NCBI GenBank assembly: GCA_964057225.1
Contig: OZ059899.1
Coordinates: forward strand, 7,564,001-7,628,000
Direction of reading: 5' to 3'
From: Auanema rhodensis
Taxonomy: Eukaryota > Animalia > Nematoda
DNA length: 64,000 nucleotides
Below the pieces are notes generated by a model. The model saw nothing but the letters and a program-made list of their open reading frames with translations. It was not told the DNA's origin and did not search any database. Made by a program: the position numbers and the translations under genes. This document shows, piece by piece, positions 1 through 11,700 of the stretch; position 1 is the stretch's first letter, and the number at the start of each line of letters is the position of its first letter.

Positions 1-33
1 AAATGAACATAAACATTTTTAAATTACAAAATT

Positions 34-2740
34 ACCTCTTGGCATTCCTCAGGAGTCCAAGCACCTCCTAGTGAACGAGCAACTTTTTCCCAATCGCTAT
101 CGCGTCTGATTACGGTGGCAGCAAGAGCCAACTACAGCAAATTATTAATATATTGCTTTGATTAGGTTACCTTGAGTCTATCAATATCTGCCTTTTTCCA
201 GCTATTTTTCTTTCTTTTATAGCCATGACCAAGTTCCTTGGGGTCATTCTCCTCTTGCTCTTCATTCGAACTTTCGTCACTAACTAAATCCGATGTTCGC
301 TTCGATTGATGTTTGGCCTTCTTGCTCATTTTTTTTCTCGCTATAATAACAAAGTAAAGGTATTTTCTAACTGTGTAAATATACCTTTTATCATAGACAT
401 TTCCCATTCTCCACCATCGTCGGATACTTCAGTTTCAGTACTTTCGTAATTGTTTTCAGTTCTACGAAGTCTCTCTTGTTCTTGCATTTCCAAAAAGTCA
501 TCATCCAATTCCCGAGCTTTTTTCTTCTAAAAGTTTTATGAGTCATAGCTATGTCGACCTATAAGCAATACCTTCTCCTTATTTATTTTACTTCTACGAG
601 TTGCTTCCATAGCTCTTCTCTCCATTTCTTCAAGGAATCGCTGCCTTTTCGCAAGCCTTTTCTTCTCTTTTCTAATAACGTCTTTTCTCATCTGTTCAAG
701 TTCCAACAAAGAGTCATCTGAATCATCCGATTCAATCTAAACTTAATCTTCTTTTTTTCAATAAAGCAGGTAACCTACACATCGGCGCTTAGATTTAGTC
801 TTTTTCTTAATTACGGGACTGTCTTCATAAGAAATCTCATTCAAAGTATTAATATATGGATCATTTTCGTCATCATCGCTAAGAGAGGAATCGCTATAGG
901 TTACCTAAAGCATATATATATATGTAATCAACATTCCATCACAGGAACAAACCAAAGTCTTCCTCTTTCTTTTACGTGAACTATTTTCCACTGCTAAAAC
1001 TGCACCGCGTTGAGAATCTCTCTCGACCGCTCTAGATTGAGGTACTTTGAAACCATATGCACCAGCCACGTTATTCTAAAAATATTTATTAAACCAAAAT
1101 AGTATAACAATCTATATCTAACAATCTGTCCCGTGTGATTAGTATGAACAGTACGAGTAGAGACATCTTCTACCCCGACGGCTTCACCTTCGTTATTAAA
1201 ACGAACTCGTTGGCCAGCCCAATAAGCCAATGGTTCATGCACTAGTCGGCCACTAGAGGTACGTCGAACTTTATCTGTTAAAGAACTATCATAATGAAAG
1301 TATTTAATCAAACAAAACCATTGAAAGGCATTAGAGATGTGTTATGTTTTATTGGTTGACTGACGTTTCTTCGATCAGAACCAGCTTTAGACATCATAGT
1401 CTGATTACGCCAATGTGACTCATTGCCAGTATCTCTATATGGTTGATATGGCAAAGAAGAATCACTTTCAGGGTTATCATATCCATTCAAGCGGAATGAA
1501 ATGGTACTGAATAAAAAAAACAAAATGAGCTCTAAACTTTATAGAACTTACGAGTGAATTGATCGCAAATCATTTCTCCAAGAAACAGGAAATCCATTAA
1601 CGAATTTATCAACGATATCTTTAGGGTATCCGAGTTTAGCAGCTGCCTTTTCATGGATGACTCCTTGTACTGAGTACACCTTTCCATTATATGTTTGAAA
1701 CAATGTTTTATCTAATACTTTTAAAATAATGGATGTACACCATTCACCGTTATAATTCGACGATCTGAATACAATTCGTGTACAGACATAGAATATTACG
1801 CGACTCACAGATTCTTTCCAAATAAAACAAACGGAGGATAATCTTTTGTAGGAATTTGATCATTAGGTGGTACGAATGAGAAGCACCAATTTGACAAAAC
1901 AACAGCTTCGGAGCGTAAGCGATCTGAAACGAACTCAATGACATGAAAACAAACACTGTTTTCACACTTATTCGTGAATTTGGTTGATTGGCTTTAGGTA
2001 ATTCCTTCTGTGGTATTTTGAACGTGGGAAAACTGAAATTACATAAATTAACAACATTCTTGCAATCTATATACTTTTCATCATCAGAAATTCGAATTTC
2101 TAAAACTGCTTTCGGAGCTATGAATGGAACTAAAGCTAAATCGGAATCAGGAGGAGCAGCACTGTTGGTTGGCTCAAAATTTACAGAAGATTTGCATCTT
2201 GGAGACTTTCTCGGGATTATTTTAGGATTTTCTTCTTTTTTGGTCTCAATTACGTTTTCTGGCTTTCTGAAATTGTTAAATATTATCGCGAATGAACTCC
2301 GTGCAATACTTAAGAAATGGCGGTAAGCTTCTACGCCCTTTTGGAGTTTTTAAAGGAGTAACTGCTTTTTCCTCTAAAACTGGTCTTGCTTCGTTTTCTT
2401 TACCAACAGCTTTAGTTGTAGTTTTAGATGTCGGAAGCTTAGGCAAAGATTTCCGTCGAGTGGGAGTAGGTTCAGGCGAAGCAAATTCCAGTATAGTCTA
2501 CAAAAGTTTCCCCGTAGAAATATAATTATACTACAACGTATTTGATTATAAAATGCAAACAAAAAATTAAAACATAAGAATTAAATTTTGTACAAACCTT
2601 GGACTGAATTCTGGGGCTGCGTCGAAGTTGAGAAATCTAAAGAATATGTGTTATGGTTAGTAACCAAAATAAGTTCTTACGTCCTGCAAAACCCTGGACA
2701 TTTGAGGGACTCTAATTGGTGTTCCTACATCATCTTCCAT
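34..2740 (-). CDS. knl-2: KNL-2/Mis18BP1 centromere licensing factor (multi-exon; 3' end continues beyond window start)
   Basis: Spliced translation gives a SANTA domain (VLSNWCFSFVPP...GEWCTSIILKVLDKTLFQTYNGKVYSVQG...GYPKDIVDKFVNGFPVSWR), a CENP-C-like motif (RRTSSGRLVHEPLAYW) and a C-terminal SANT/Myb start (WKKADIDRLK/LALAAT...DWEKVARSLGGAWTPEECQE). ATG at 2740 is preceded by a TTTCAG acceptor. Confidence 0.88.
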
Positions 2741-3094
2741 TCCACTTCTGAAATAAATCAAGCTGAACTTACAGAAAACGCAACGCACTTCTAAAAACAT
2801 TCAAAAAATCTAGCTTGGCGGCTTTACAGGCTTGGCATTGTACAGTAACGCGTGTTCACGTACATATTTATGGATGCACGGCCTCTATTGTTTTAATTCT
2901 TGAATACTTTTTATTAATAATTTGGAATTGTAATGAAGTTCTCTTTGTAGTTTGTAGAAAAAAATTTTAATATTCTATTATTAAATTTTTGTTAGAGGAT
3001 CAATTATTTATAAGTCTTCTTCTTAATTAGTAAATATTGAAAGAAAACATGCAATAAATAGAGTTCTTAAAAAGAAACAGTTTTAGAGTTTGAA
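2741..3094. promoter_or_regulatory. Probable shared bidirectional promoter of divergent knl-2 and vps-52
   Basis: Only ~355 bp between divergent start codons, with a CpG-richer core at ~2810-2885 inside AT-rich flanks. Confidence 0.55.
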
Positions 3095-6000
3095 ATGCCC
3101 CAAAAAGAAGTTGAACGCTCTCTTGAAGAATGCTTATTGGAGTTTTCAAAGGCTGATGATCGAGTTGTTAGAGATGCTCTAGCTGCTGGGCATGATTTAC
3201 GTGATTTCTCTGGTCTGTGTGAATGTTGTGATAATTTTAACTTTTTATACTTCAAGTGCAAGTTAAAGATGAGTTAACAGAAGCCCATAAATCTGCAGTG
3301 AAGGAATGTATTGCAAATGCTGATAAACTAACAGAATTGCACAATCAAATCGTGTCCTGTGATTCTGTTTTTGAGGTAGAAATTACTATTGTGAGCTTGT
3401 GAATTTATTTTCCTGAATATAGAGATTGGAAAAAATGTTGATAGGATTTCAAAATGATTTGGGAGCTATAAGTGATGATATGAAACGATTGCAGGATCAA
3501 TCAGTTTCAATTCATCAGGTAAATATAGTTTTACGTATTGTGGTCAAAAGGCATTGTAATGTGTGTCACAGGAGTTGGATAATCGACAAAAAGTGCGTGG
3601 AGAACTGAGTCAGTTTGTCGACGATATAGTGGTTCCCCAAGGAATGATCAAGTCAGAATGAATATAAATCCACGTGTAAAACTTTTCATTCAGAACCATA
3701 ATGGAAACTGATGCAAGTGATTTGACGTTCTTAGAGCAATTGCATGAGCTTCAACATAAATTGCAATTCATACGTTCTCAGGAATTTAAAGAAGCAAGAG
3801 CTGTTAGTGATGTTGTTGGAATTTTAGAAAGTTTGAAGTACAAGGCAATAAAGGCTCAAATACTTAAACACAAAATAATGTTTCAATTTATAGGCTATTG
3901 AAAAAATAAGAGAATGGATTATGCAAAAGATATATGTTTTTCGCAAAGCTCTCTCTAATTACCAGGTTTTTTTTAATCGTTGCTGTATACAATTATAACC
4001 ACGTTCAAGGTTCCACAACACCAACTTCTGAAGTATCGTTTTTTTTATGAATTTTTGCTTGCAAATGAGCGAAATATAGCTGGAGAGGTTTAAAATAGAT
4101 AGAAAAAATAATAAACTTCTAATTTTAGGTTCAAGATGAATATATCGATACAATTGGCAAAATATTTTTCTCCTATTTTAAGGCATACATATCACGACTA
4201 TTTAAGCTTTTGGTATTGTAACATACAATGTTTGAAGCTCAGTATATTTCTAGATGGTTGATTCTGCATCGAAGGACGACTTACTCGGGGCCGAAGACAT
4301 TGTAAAAACTGGAGCATTAGGTGGATTTTTTTCCTCTAAACCACAAGTATAACATGCTCAACAATTTGGAAATTTCTAGATATATTTTTGTTTAGGTTCG
4401 TAATCGTGCCACTGTATTTACATTAGGTAGCCGCCAAGCGCTACTTACTAATGAATTCACTTCTCCATTGATAGTACCACATGCCGCACAAGAACAAAAT
4501 CAGAAGGTAAATATTTTTGTTTTCGAATATCAATATTTTGTTATAGTTTCAATTTGAATCCTTATTTCGTTCCATACATCTGGCCTTTGTTGACCACTGT
4601 AGCCATGAGTACTTGTTTCTCACAGATTTTTTCGTCATGGAGAAACAAGCGACTATAGATCTACATGCCAAGGTTTCACTTTTTTTTTTAAGTTTTTTAA
4701 CAAATTAAGTTTCAGATCATGAGTAGAGCAGTGACTCTACTAATACGTTCGTTGGATGAGCGTATAGCATTCAACTTTGATGCAATTTCCTTATACCTTT
4801 GCATATGTTTATGTGATAAATTTCAATCACTTTTGCAGGAACGTGATATTCCTACAATGGCGGGGTAAATCTAAACAGTGATTTGTGTGTGTTTTTGTTT
4901 TATCTGGTAAAATTTTCAGTTATTGGGACACAATTCGTCTTCAATTATGGATCAGATTAGAACAAGTTATGAACATGCATAATGAAAGCGTTAAACAGTT
5001 AGATACCAGAAAAATGGCTAGCCCGATTGATACAAGACCGCATTATGTTTATAATTTATCTCTTTGATCATTTTTTGATCTTTTTAATCTCAGATCGTTC
5101 GACGCTACGCTGAACTTACATGTGCTTTTCTCGTAATCACCGAAGCTAATGCTCATGAAGTAAAACCATTAAGTGAACAACATGTGATATATATTTTTTA
5201 GATCGATCCCCGAATGAGTAGAATATTAGAAAAAGGTGAAGATACGATTGAGCAACTTTTGAATAGAATGGCAGCAACACTACCTAATCAACGCGATCTT
5301 CTTGTTTTTCTCATAAATAATTATCATATGATAATTAATATAATTGATGTGAGTTAATTCGACATATTTCTTGGTATTCCTTTGATATAGGAAAGAGTTG
5401 TACAGGATAGCCGAATACATTCAATAATTCACGAATTGGAACAGAAATCAATTGGAGAATTCGTAGAGGTTCTCTAGAAGCTTAATAAATAAAATAGTTT
5501 CTTCGTTTCAGACAACCCTTTCACCTCACTTTAAACAATTAATATCGTTTGTAAAAGAATGCGAACCTCTCATACAACAAGGACACACACATTTATTAAT
5601 AAGATATCAAGGTTAGTTTAGTAATTTTATAATTATGATGTCATATGGTCCTCGTTCTTATTACTTGAAAAGGCAAAGTGCATCAGCGTAAAAGCAAGAT
5701 CTACCGAAGTTTGTTTAGAGAAAGGTCTTTAAATTCTGATAGTAATATCTAGGCAATACAGTGAAACTTGATTTCTGATAGTTTGAAATAGGCGGGGAAA
5801 GGCGTAGTATATATAACAGGAGAATGCTGATCTTATTACACCTTCAACAAACTATCATGCCTTCTATTATTCGGTTCTTCTTATTCTTTATCTACTTCGT
5901 CGCAATTGCTTCTGCCCAAATTAATGGTTTGCCCTACTTTTTTGGTGGACAATCAGGAAACACAATGGGCAATGTATATGCTGGAAACGAATTAGCCGGT

Positions 6001-6526
6001 ATTTACCTCTTATGCAATGGAATCGGATGCCCAGGCCGCGGACGTTGAATATAACCATCTATGAACTTGCTTGTATAGTGATACCTAATCAATCATATAT
6101 CATCATAACTATAAATAAATTTAATAAAAATACTGCACCTTTACTGTTGTTTGAACGAGGAATATGACATCAAAGAATATAGTAAAAATATGATTGAAGA
6201 TACTTATGTTGACTTTAGATAAATTGACATCTGTAGTTCAGTCGTTTTCAACTGGCTGGAAGAAATCTATCGATGCCATAAATGGGGAAATTGTTAAATC
6301 ATTTACAGACTTTAAACATGGAACAAACATATTGCAGGTCAGTAGAAACTAATTTATATAATATACGATATTGTTCCAGAGTGCATTCACTCAGCTTGTT
6401 CAGTACGTGCAGCGATTCTCAAAAATTGTCGCTCATGAAGTTTTTCGCGATAATGAAGCAAAAAATGACATGGTTAATATCCATCATATCATGGTTGAAC
6501 TCCGAAAGTATAAACCAGTTTATTAA
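3095..6526 (+). CDS. vps-52: Vacuolar protein sorting 52 (GARP/EARP subunit), multi-exon
   Basis: Spliced translation matches Vps52 motifs: ALAAGHDLRDFS, LHNQIVSCDSVFERLEKMLIGFQNDLGAISDDMKRLQDQS, KAIEKIREWIMQKIYVFRKALSNYQVPQHQLLKYRFFYEFL, DTRPHYIVRRYAE, VNIHHIMVELRKYKPVY*. Confidence 0.95.
5734..5816 (+). promoter_or_regulatory. Putative promoter of the nested peptide gene (two TTCTGATAGT GATA-type sites plus TATA box)
   Basis: Identical TTCTGATAGT at ~5734 and ~5773; TATATATAA ~45 nt upstream of the ATG. Confidence 0.5.
5857..6048 (+). CDS. Small secreted Gly-rich peptide precursor (63 aa), single exon, nested in vps-52 intron 5612-6218
   Basis: Signal peptide MPSIIRFFLFFIYFVAIASA followed by QINGLPYFFGGQSGNTMGNVYAGNELAGIYLLCNGIGCPGRGR*. 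TATATATAA at 5808-5816 and AATAAA at ~6113 and ~6123. Confidence 0.8.
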   Translation: MPSIIRFFLFFIYFVAIASAQINGLPYFFGGQSGNTMGNVYAGNELAGIYLLCNGIGCPGRGR

Positions 6527-6713
6527 TCAGATATAATCAAATTTAATATAATTTATATTGTATATAGTTATTTCCACGCGGGTTGTGTTTATGCTTGTTT
6601 AAATGTTAATATAAGTTTGATTACATGGTTGTACATGTATAATTTGATCTAAAATGATCATCCGTATGCACCACACTAAAACTAAGATGAGATTGAAATT
6701 TTTAGAGTCAAGC

Positions 6714-8791
6714 TTACTCTGCAGCTGTAGAAGCAAAAAACCAATATAATCCGGCTAATAAAAAAGTGGCAATTAAATCTCCTATAGATGTAATAATCGG
6801 TATTGAATGTAAATCTGGATCAATTCCTCGTGACCAGAGTAATGTGACTACGAGCTGACATATATATAATAAAACAGCAACCTGAAAAGTTTTTCTAAAT
6901 ATTTTAATCATATTTTTGTCAACCTGAAGAAATACTATCAGTATATACCCTAGTAGAAAAGGCCATTTCAAGGTTAAAGGAGTACCCACGACTTCAGATA
7001 GACCATGTGATGTTAACAGAAACACAAGCTAGAATATAAAAACTGGGAAAACAATCGGGAAAGCGTGAGAAATACTTGAAAAGGAATGCACGTGAATAGC
7101 AAAAGTCGTGCTGCTTGTGATTCATTATCTGGATAAGAGGTGAAATATTTTTCAACAAACGTTTTAACCATTATGTAGATAATATTTGAAAGGGTTCAAT
7201 CGTATTTTGAATTTAATTGGATTATGCGATTTAACCATTAAGAAAGAAGATATGCGTGACGCATGCAATGCAGCTCTGTTGCCACAAATACCTATTCTAA
7301 AGTCGAAACAAAAAAAAATGAATGCTCAAAACCTGCGATTAGAGGCAGATATACTGTGAACTCCGGATATATCCGGAACGCATGTTCTTGCACGAATCCG
7401 GCACCACTGAATATGGCTTTTAAACATACAGTCGAAATCTCTACCTGGAAAACATGGCTGCCAGTACTAAGGAGGGCCACTGCGTTTTTGCTGCTAGTAG
7501 ACTACTGTCATCTTTACCTCAAAATAATATATCATAATTACTAAACGGCGACTCATACTAGCTATATTCAAAAAGAATGGTATACTCAGCAAAGCAATAA
7601 CTATGATTATACCAGCATATATCATTCGATGGGAGCCAAGAGAGAATATTAAAGCTCCAAGAGATATCTAGTACGATATAGAAACTTATAGCTTTAAACA
7701 AAAAAATGATACCAATGATATGATAGTGAGGAAATCTCCTAGAGAAGCTGACAAAGGCGTGGCTATATTGTCCGGATTAATTTTACGCTTAGTTGAGTAT
7801 AATATGATGAGAATCATTGCTTAAATATCAAATATTGAGTAAGGTAAAAGGGTAAAAGGTGAACAAACTGCTAGACATCAAAAGTCCTGACACAAACATA
7901 GTCACAATGGTCACGGCACCTAGAAGGATAAATTCTCGTACCGGAGCTGGACACCCAAAGGGAATTCTTTTAACTAAGTCTAATGCAAAACAAAATATAT
8001 TCATGAAAACAGATAAAGTTATAGATTGTGCCTTAAACAATAGAAAAAATTTAGTGTGATTATTGGGATTACCTGAACAAGGGCAATGTTTCTTACAAAT
8101 ATATTCAGTATTTTCCCTGGCTGTAATCGGCCTCGGTGTGCCTTCAGGCAAGAAACGTAGAATACATTTTTATTTTTCAAAAAGAAATAATACCATTGTT
8201 GTCAGACGAGAAGTCAGTGTTAAGTCTAAATTTCCTTTCATACCCTGTATTGGAGGCGCAACAGACAAAAATTGTGGAACAGCTAAGCATGATACCATAG
8301 AAAAATCTTCCAAATGAACTACCTCGAACAAGGTAAGTCGTCTGAGCAAAATGAACTAATAATCCTGCTCCGATGGAGCCGAACCCAGCCATTAAAAATG
8401 GTATCATACTCTAAAAAATTAAATATTCTCGATACTTCTCTGCTAATATGATATCAACTTGGAACCAAACATCTCTAGCTTTTTCACCATCTACCAGAAC
8501 CAACCACCCATCCAAGCTTTCAGCAGTTGGTGCATCTTCCTTAAAATCATAAAAAAATAAGTTGACGTTACATATATCTTTACACTATCTTGAGTTGAGT
8601 TACTGTTTACTTGTTCTGAAAATATTGTTCTTTCGTCGTTCTTTGAATTATAAATGATCGGTCATCCAATTATTTCAGCATTTCCAACACGTTATAAGAA
8701 ACAAAGTTATTATACCTTCCCCACTGTTGTTTAATTGATGTTGGCTGTGTCCGGGGGGACGTTCCATTCTAGATGTTTCTACTTTAGTCAT
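6714..8791 (-). CDS. SLC41A/MgtE-family divalent cation (Mg2+) transporter, multi-exon
   Basis: IPFLMAGFGSIG, PPIQGMKGNLDLTLTSRLTT, KINPDNIATPLSASLGD and the second repeat WSRGIDPDLHSIPIITSIGDL are SLC41 signature motifs. Confidence 0.92.
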
Positions 8792-11700
8792 TGACGTGAT
8801 ACCGTGCTATATTTTATAGTGATTGGAATAGAACTAGAAATAAAAATAATGAATCTCACATAATATCAAATATAATGAAATGTGATATACAAAAGAGAAA
8901 TAATTTCGCGTCACTAGTGCTTTAAAGATAGTTTAAGAATAACCAAGAATAATTCTCATAACTAAAAACCGGTTAAAGAAAGATCTAAAAATATTTGATT
9001 CTTTGATTTCTTAACTTATCCGTAGTATGGAAAGAACAAAAACCGTAACAGAAAACGAAAAAACATAAACAATTATAAATCTACGAATCTTTATCACTTC
9101 GGGACCTTTAAAAGAATAGTTCAAAATTCAAAAATTTTTTGTTCGTTTGAATATGATTGTTTCCAAAGAGCAAAAAAAGAGTAATATTATTACTATTATC
9201 TATAATTATTTCCACAACAGGCTAAATAATTAGTTATGAAAGAGTGAAAGTCATGTCAATGCTACTAAAAATAAAAATATTTTTAGCCCATGTATATATC
9301 CTCAACTTTTTAATTAGTTTAATTAGACTCAAATAAAAAATCTTTTTTTTAACTATAATGTAGTATCTTATTTAAAACAAGCCAACATTTATCTGTATAT
9401 ATATATACTTTTAAGTATCGCAGTTATTTTTTAGTCTTAAACGATCTTACTCGAATTTTTATGTTTACTCTTTATAATGTTGTTTTAAATGGCGAAACCA
9501 TTAAAAAATCTGCGACAGCAATAGGTGGTGTTTTCATTGTTTCTACGTAATTTTGGAAGTATGAAATGCTGAAGTGCATCCTCTTTTTAAATTTGTACTC
9601 TTATAGTAGTGTGTACGACGCATATCAAGCAACTAAAACATTGTCTCATGTTTTGTTTCTTCTCCAATGTTATTTTATATTTTCGTTATTACGCGCTGAC
9701 TAACACAACGTTTTCAGCGGCCCAAAACTAAATCCTCATGTTATGAGAAATAAATATTTGTAACCTCAATGCCATATCTTAACGAAAACGCTTTTTTTCC
9801 CTGGTGTCCTTGATATGGCATATAATGTGCTCTGATCTATCAGATTTGAAGCTTAGAAAAACTAATTTCTCATGCTCAATGGAAATAAGACAACCTTGAG
9901 TACGTTGAAATTTGTTTTTAACTCGACTGCTGTGTCTGCTACCAGACATCTAGAGTCTAACAAACAATAATTTATGAATCAACTCTATCATTTCTTCTTG
10001 ATAAAAGTTTAAATTGGTTATGAATGCATCTCGGAAGTGTTAAAATTCATATTTAGTCGACTACTTTAACATTTGAATAGCACATAAAATGCTTATTTCT
10101 TTCGTGAATAAAAATAATTCAAGGATATCATCCACTTATCTGTTTACAAAAATGTATCACTGGGTCTGTTGTTGAATGCTAATTTTTCGCCAGCTATCTG
10201 CTTTCCTCGTTATATTGTGTGTTTGTCAGCCTCTCTTTCCTCGTTTCGTTTATACGAAGCAGGCGTTTTTTGAATGGGCGGAGAATACGAAACACTCGTC
10301 TTCGCCGAGTTCTCCACTCTGCTATGTCTATTGCACCATCATCATCCTCATAGTTCCACAATCTAACATAGAGACTGGTAAAATGAAAGAGAATTCGAGA
10401 AAGCTTTTCTTTCTAGTCTTCATTGACGGAGTGTGTTGTGTGCCGCGGTTTTTTATGCTTGCTATCGTTGTCTATAGCCCTCTACGCATACAAAGCTATT
10501 TCGCATGTATGCGACCCCCAGGCTCGTTTTTTTCAGCATCAGCGATGAAAAAAACGTCTGTCTACCCTCAGCCAGCAGACAAAAGCATACACACACAAAT
10601 ACGAAGTTACACAACAAAAAATATAGCAGAGCCACTTTTTAGCTTTCCTTTTCAGAATCCATGCTGAGGTATTTAGTTCCTATGGACCATTTCAAGAGTT
10701 GATAAGCATTGCATTATTGTTTATCAGACAAAACAATGTCTTACCCACACATTCTTTTGATTCTTATGATTTTAACAGTTCATATCTTATCTCATTCCTC
10801 TTTCATGTAGTCAATTTCTTTTATCTTCACAGTTCTTATTCTGATGATGGGTCACACAGCGTGGCACTGCAGCAGTTTTTTTACCCGGCACGGCCTCGCT
10901 TGCCTGAAAAAACGACTGAACGAAGACATAGTGCGATAAAATTTTCTATGTCCCGCTCTAGCATTCAGCGTTCTTTCTCGTGCCGTTCATTTTTTTGCTT
11001 TTCTTTCTTTTCCTCTTTTTGTGTGAAGGCTCACATAGTATTCTCGGAGTTTGAGAGACTCAGTGATGTTCTCATTCATGTTCTTACGAATGCTGTGCTA
11101 CTGATTTCAATTCCGAGATTAGTGATGCAGTTATCTAATAATCCTATGTAGTTTACATTTCTTTGCAATTGATTTTCTTATACATGACAATAGTAAGTAA
11201 AGAATTACAATTCTTCTAGATATTTTCTTGAATATCTTGTTTACTCTTAGTCATTCTTGATTTCTGTTTCTTGATTAAGATATTCCTAACTTTAGGGGTA
11301 TTTGACTTTTCCCATCTAATGAAGAAAACAGTGTGATATCATTATACAAGATCAAGGATATGGAATGTTGGATTCTAATCTAATTTCTTTTTTCCATCAC
11401 GTACATGTATGTTTTAAAAGAACTTTATTGACTATGTATGCTCGTTGGTTTTAGAAATTTATGTGCGATTCTCAGAGTTTTTAGAAGCTTGAAGAAAACC
11501 AAAGCAATAGGTAAGATTGTTCGAAAAATGTTCCCATCCAACTGCTATTTTACAGCTATTCATACTACATTGTGGATTGGTTATTCACAATGATGTCTTC
11601 AACGAGAGTATCTGCATTGGTCGTCAAACTTTTTTTTTTCAATCCGTTTTTAACAACGAATGAATACCAAAGCAGCGTATAGGTCCGTTTATATCTGCGT

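Noticed and set aside
1988-2794. Plus-strand ORFs
   Set aside because: Antisense shadows of knl-2 exons.
5857-6048. Calling the nested peptide nematocin/ntc-1
   Set aside because: No neurophysin domain, ring sequence unlike CFLNSC, and cassette at the C-terminus.
11062-11104. Possible C/D snoRNA or SECIS (GTGATG...CTGA)
   Set aside because: C box lacks the final A, spacing is too short, and there is no apical AA motif.
10176-11151. Two long ORFs (163 and 150 aa) in the ORF track
   Set aside because: Low-complexity F/S/L-rich translation, no recognisable motif, no intron structure like the real genes; probably chance ORFs in a GC-richer non-coding island.
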